From Clostridia bacterium (GTDB taxonomy: Bacteria; Bacillota; Clostridia; Oscillospirales; CAG-272): 62,695 nucleotides of DNA. Positions within the stretch are counted from its first letter, which is position 1; the number at the start of each line of letters is the position of its first letter. Position numbers and translations under genes: made by a program. The notes below the pieces were generated by a model. That model saw nothing but the letters and a program-made list of their open reading frames with translations. It did no database searches and was not told where the DNA came from. The stretch spans positions 1-62,695 of the forward strand of contig CAAGDE010000071.1 of assembly GCA_900768535.1 (NCBI GenBank). Reading direction: 5' to 3'. Shown piece by piece: positions 62,008 to 62,695 of this stretch.

Positions 62008-62197
62008 CAACAATCCCCCGAAACCGTGAGATTTCGGGGGTTCGAAGCCATGATATCTTTTTTGGCTTCACAATATGTATCGCGCCGCCGAAAAAGATAT
62101 CAGCCGAAAATCCTTATGATATAAGGAGTTTCGGTTTTTTTTAATGCTTTTTTAGAGATTCTTGCGCAATTTAACCACAAACAGAGAATTTTTTCTG

Positions 62198-62557
62198 TCA
62201 GCCAAAAAAGATATCACACTTTTTTAGGGGTAATTTGCTCGACTTGCGCGTCTGAAAACTTCGTATTATGGTGGTCCGAAAATGGGGACACGCGCCACAA
62301 TGCTCGTTGAGATAACAGGTTTCGCAAATAATTGCGTCGATGCTTTGAAGCATCAATTCATCATCGGTCGGAAGCTCGTATGAATCGATTTTCTTTATCT
62401 TTTGGGGATTGCGAAGTGCGAAATCAATCCGTTTGCCATTCCCGGTCTTTACATACCGATACACTTCGGCAAAGAAAGTCAAGCAGTCACCGACTTTATA
62501 ATTTTCAAACCCTTCTTTGGGCATCCAAACATGGTCTTCTTTTCCGTCGAAGCACAT
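62198..62557 (-). CDS. Hypothetical protein in the AT-richer edge region, possibly the 3-prime part of a frameshifted gene
   Basis: 119-aa ORF (MCFDGKEDHVWMPKEGFENYKVGDC...CETCYLNEHCGAC). An upstream ORF in another frame (62479-62691) overlaps it and runs toward the window edge. Composition differs visibly from the rest of the window. Confidence 0.35.
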   Translation of the reverse strand: MCFDGKEDHVWMPKEGFENYKVGDCLTFFAEVYRYVKTGNGKRIDFALRNPQKIKKIDSYELPTDDELMLQSIDAIICETCYLNEHCGACPHFRTTIIRSFQTRKSSKLPLKKCDIFFG

Positions 62558-62695
62558 TCCGTCATCATACTGGTCTGACGGAATATCTTTGCGATCTGGT
62601 GAATGCCGTTTTCCTTTTCAAAGAAAGAAAAATCGACGCCGTCGCTCATCGTCCCGGAGGTCAGAACAAAGCTCGAAGAGGTTTCCCACACATAC

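Noticed and set aside
62020-62050. tRNA-like T-loop sequence GGGGGTTCGAAGCC
   Set aside because: No complementary T-stem 3-prime strand, acceptor stem or anticodon arm can be drawn. It is part of a simple CCCCCGAAA/TTTCGGGGG hairpin.

Overview
GC-rich Clostridia-type (Firmicutes) chromosomal segment with Shine-Dalgarno-led genes, many ATGA stop/start overlaps and sigma-A promoters. I resolve about 50 protein genes, one SRP RNA, one cobalamin riboswitch and three families of palindromic intergenic repeats. Blocks in order: (1) DUF523 protein, ABC exporter and an LRR surface protein. (2) A glucuronate-type operon at 4921-13074 with a divergent AraC regulator: 2 TIM-barrel isomerase-like genes, 2 Gfo/Idh/MocA genes, a CE15 esterase, uxaC, uxuA and an SDR. 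(3) Two tandem paralogous membrane proteins. (4) Housekeeping minus-strand genes: clpX, clpP, tig, thrC, a dipeptidase, yraN, rnhB, ylqF, lepB and an apgM-like gene. (5) A GNAT gene, an SLH surface protein, then the conserved SRP RNA-dnaX-ybaB-recR block. (6) An ECF T plus fused A-A module with no S component. It is followed directly by a cobalamin riboswitch that gates four surface-protein genes. These genes encode, on separate polypeptides, alpha/alpha-toroid modules and DUF4430 (transcobalamin C-terminal-like) modules, one of them inside a 1262-aa GLUG beta-helix protein. This looks like a previously uncharacterised Gram-positive surface corrinoid-capture system and is my top candidate. (7) A second surface-protein island with two GLUG paralogues, an unannotated 47-codon ORF and an MBL-fold lipoprotein. 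(8) A galacturonate-type cluster: AraC, a GH20-like gene, GH4, an orphan solute-binding lipoprotein, a beta-helix-PHP fusion, uxaB, uxaA and a second uxaC. (9) An AT-richer edge region. Most long ORFs antisense to or out of frame with these genes are high-GC artefacts. All domain calls come from reading motifs by eye, with no searches run.
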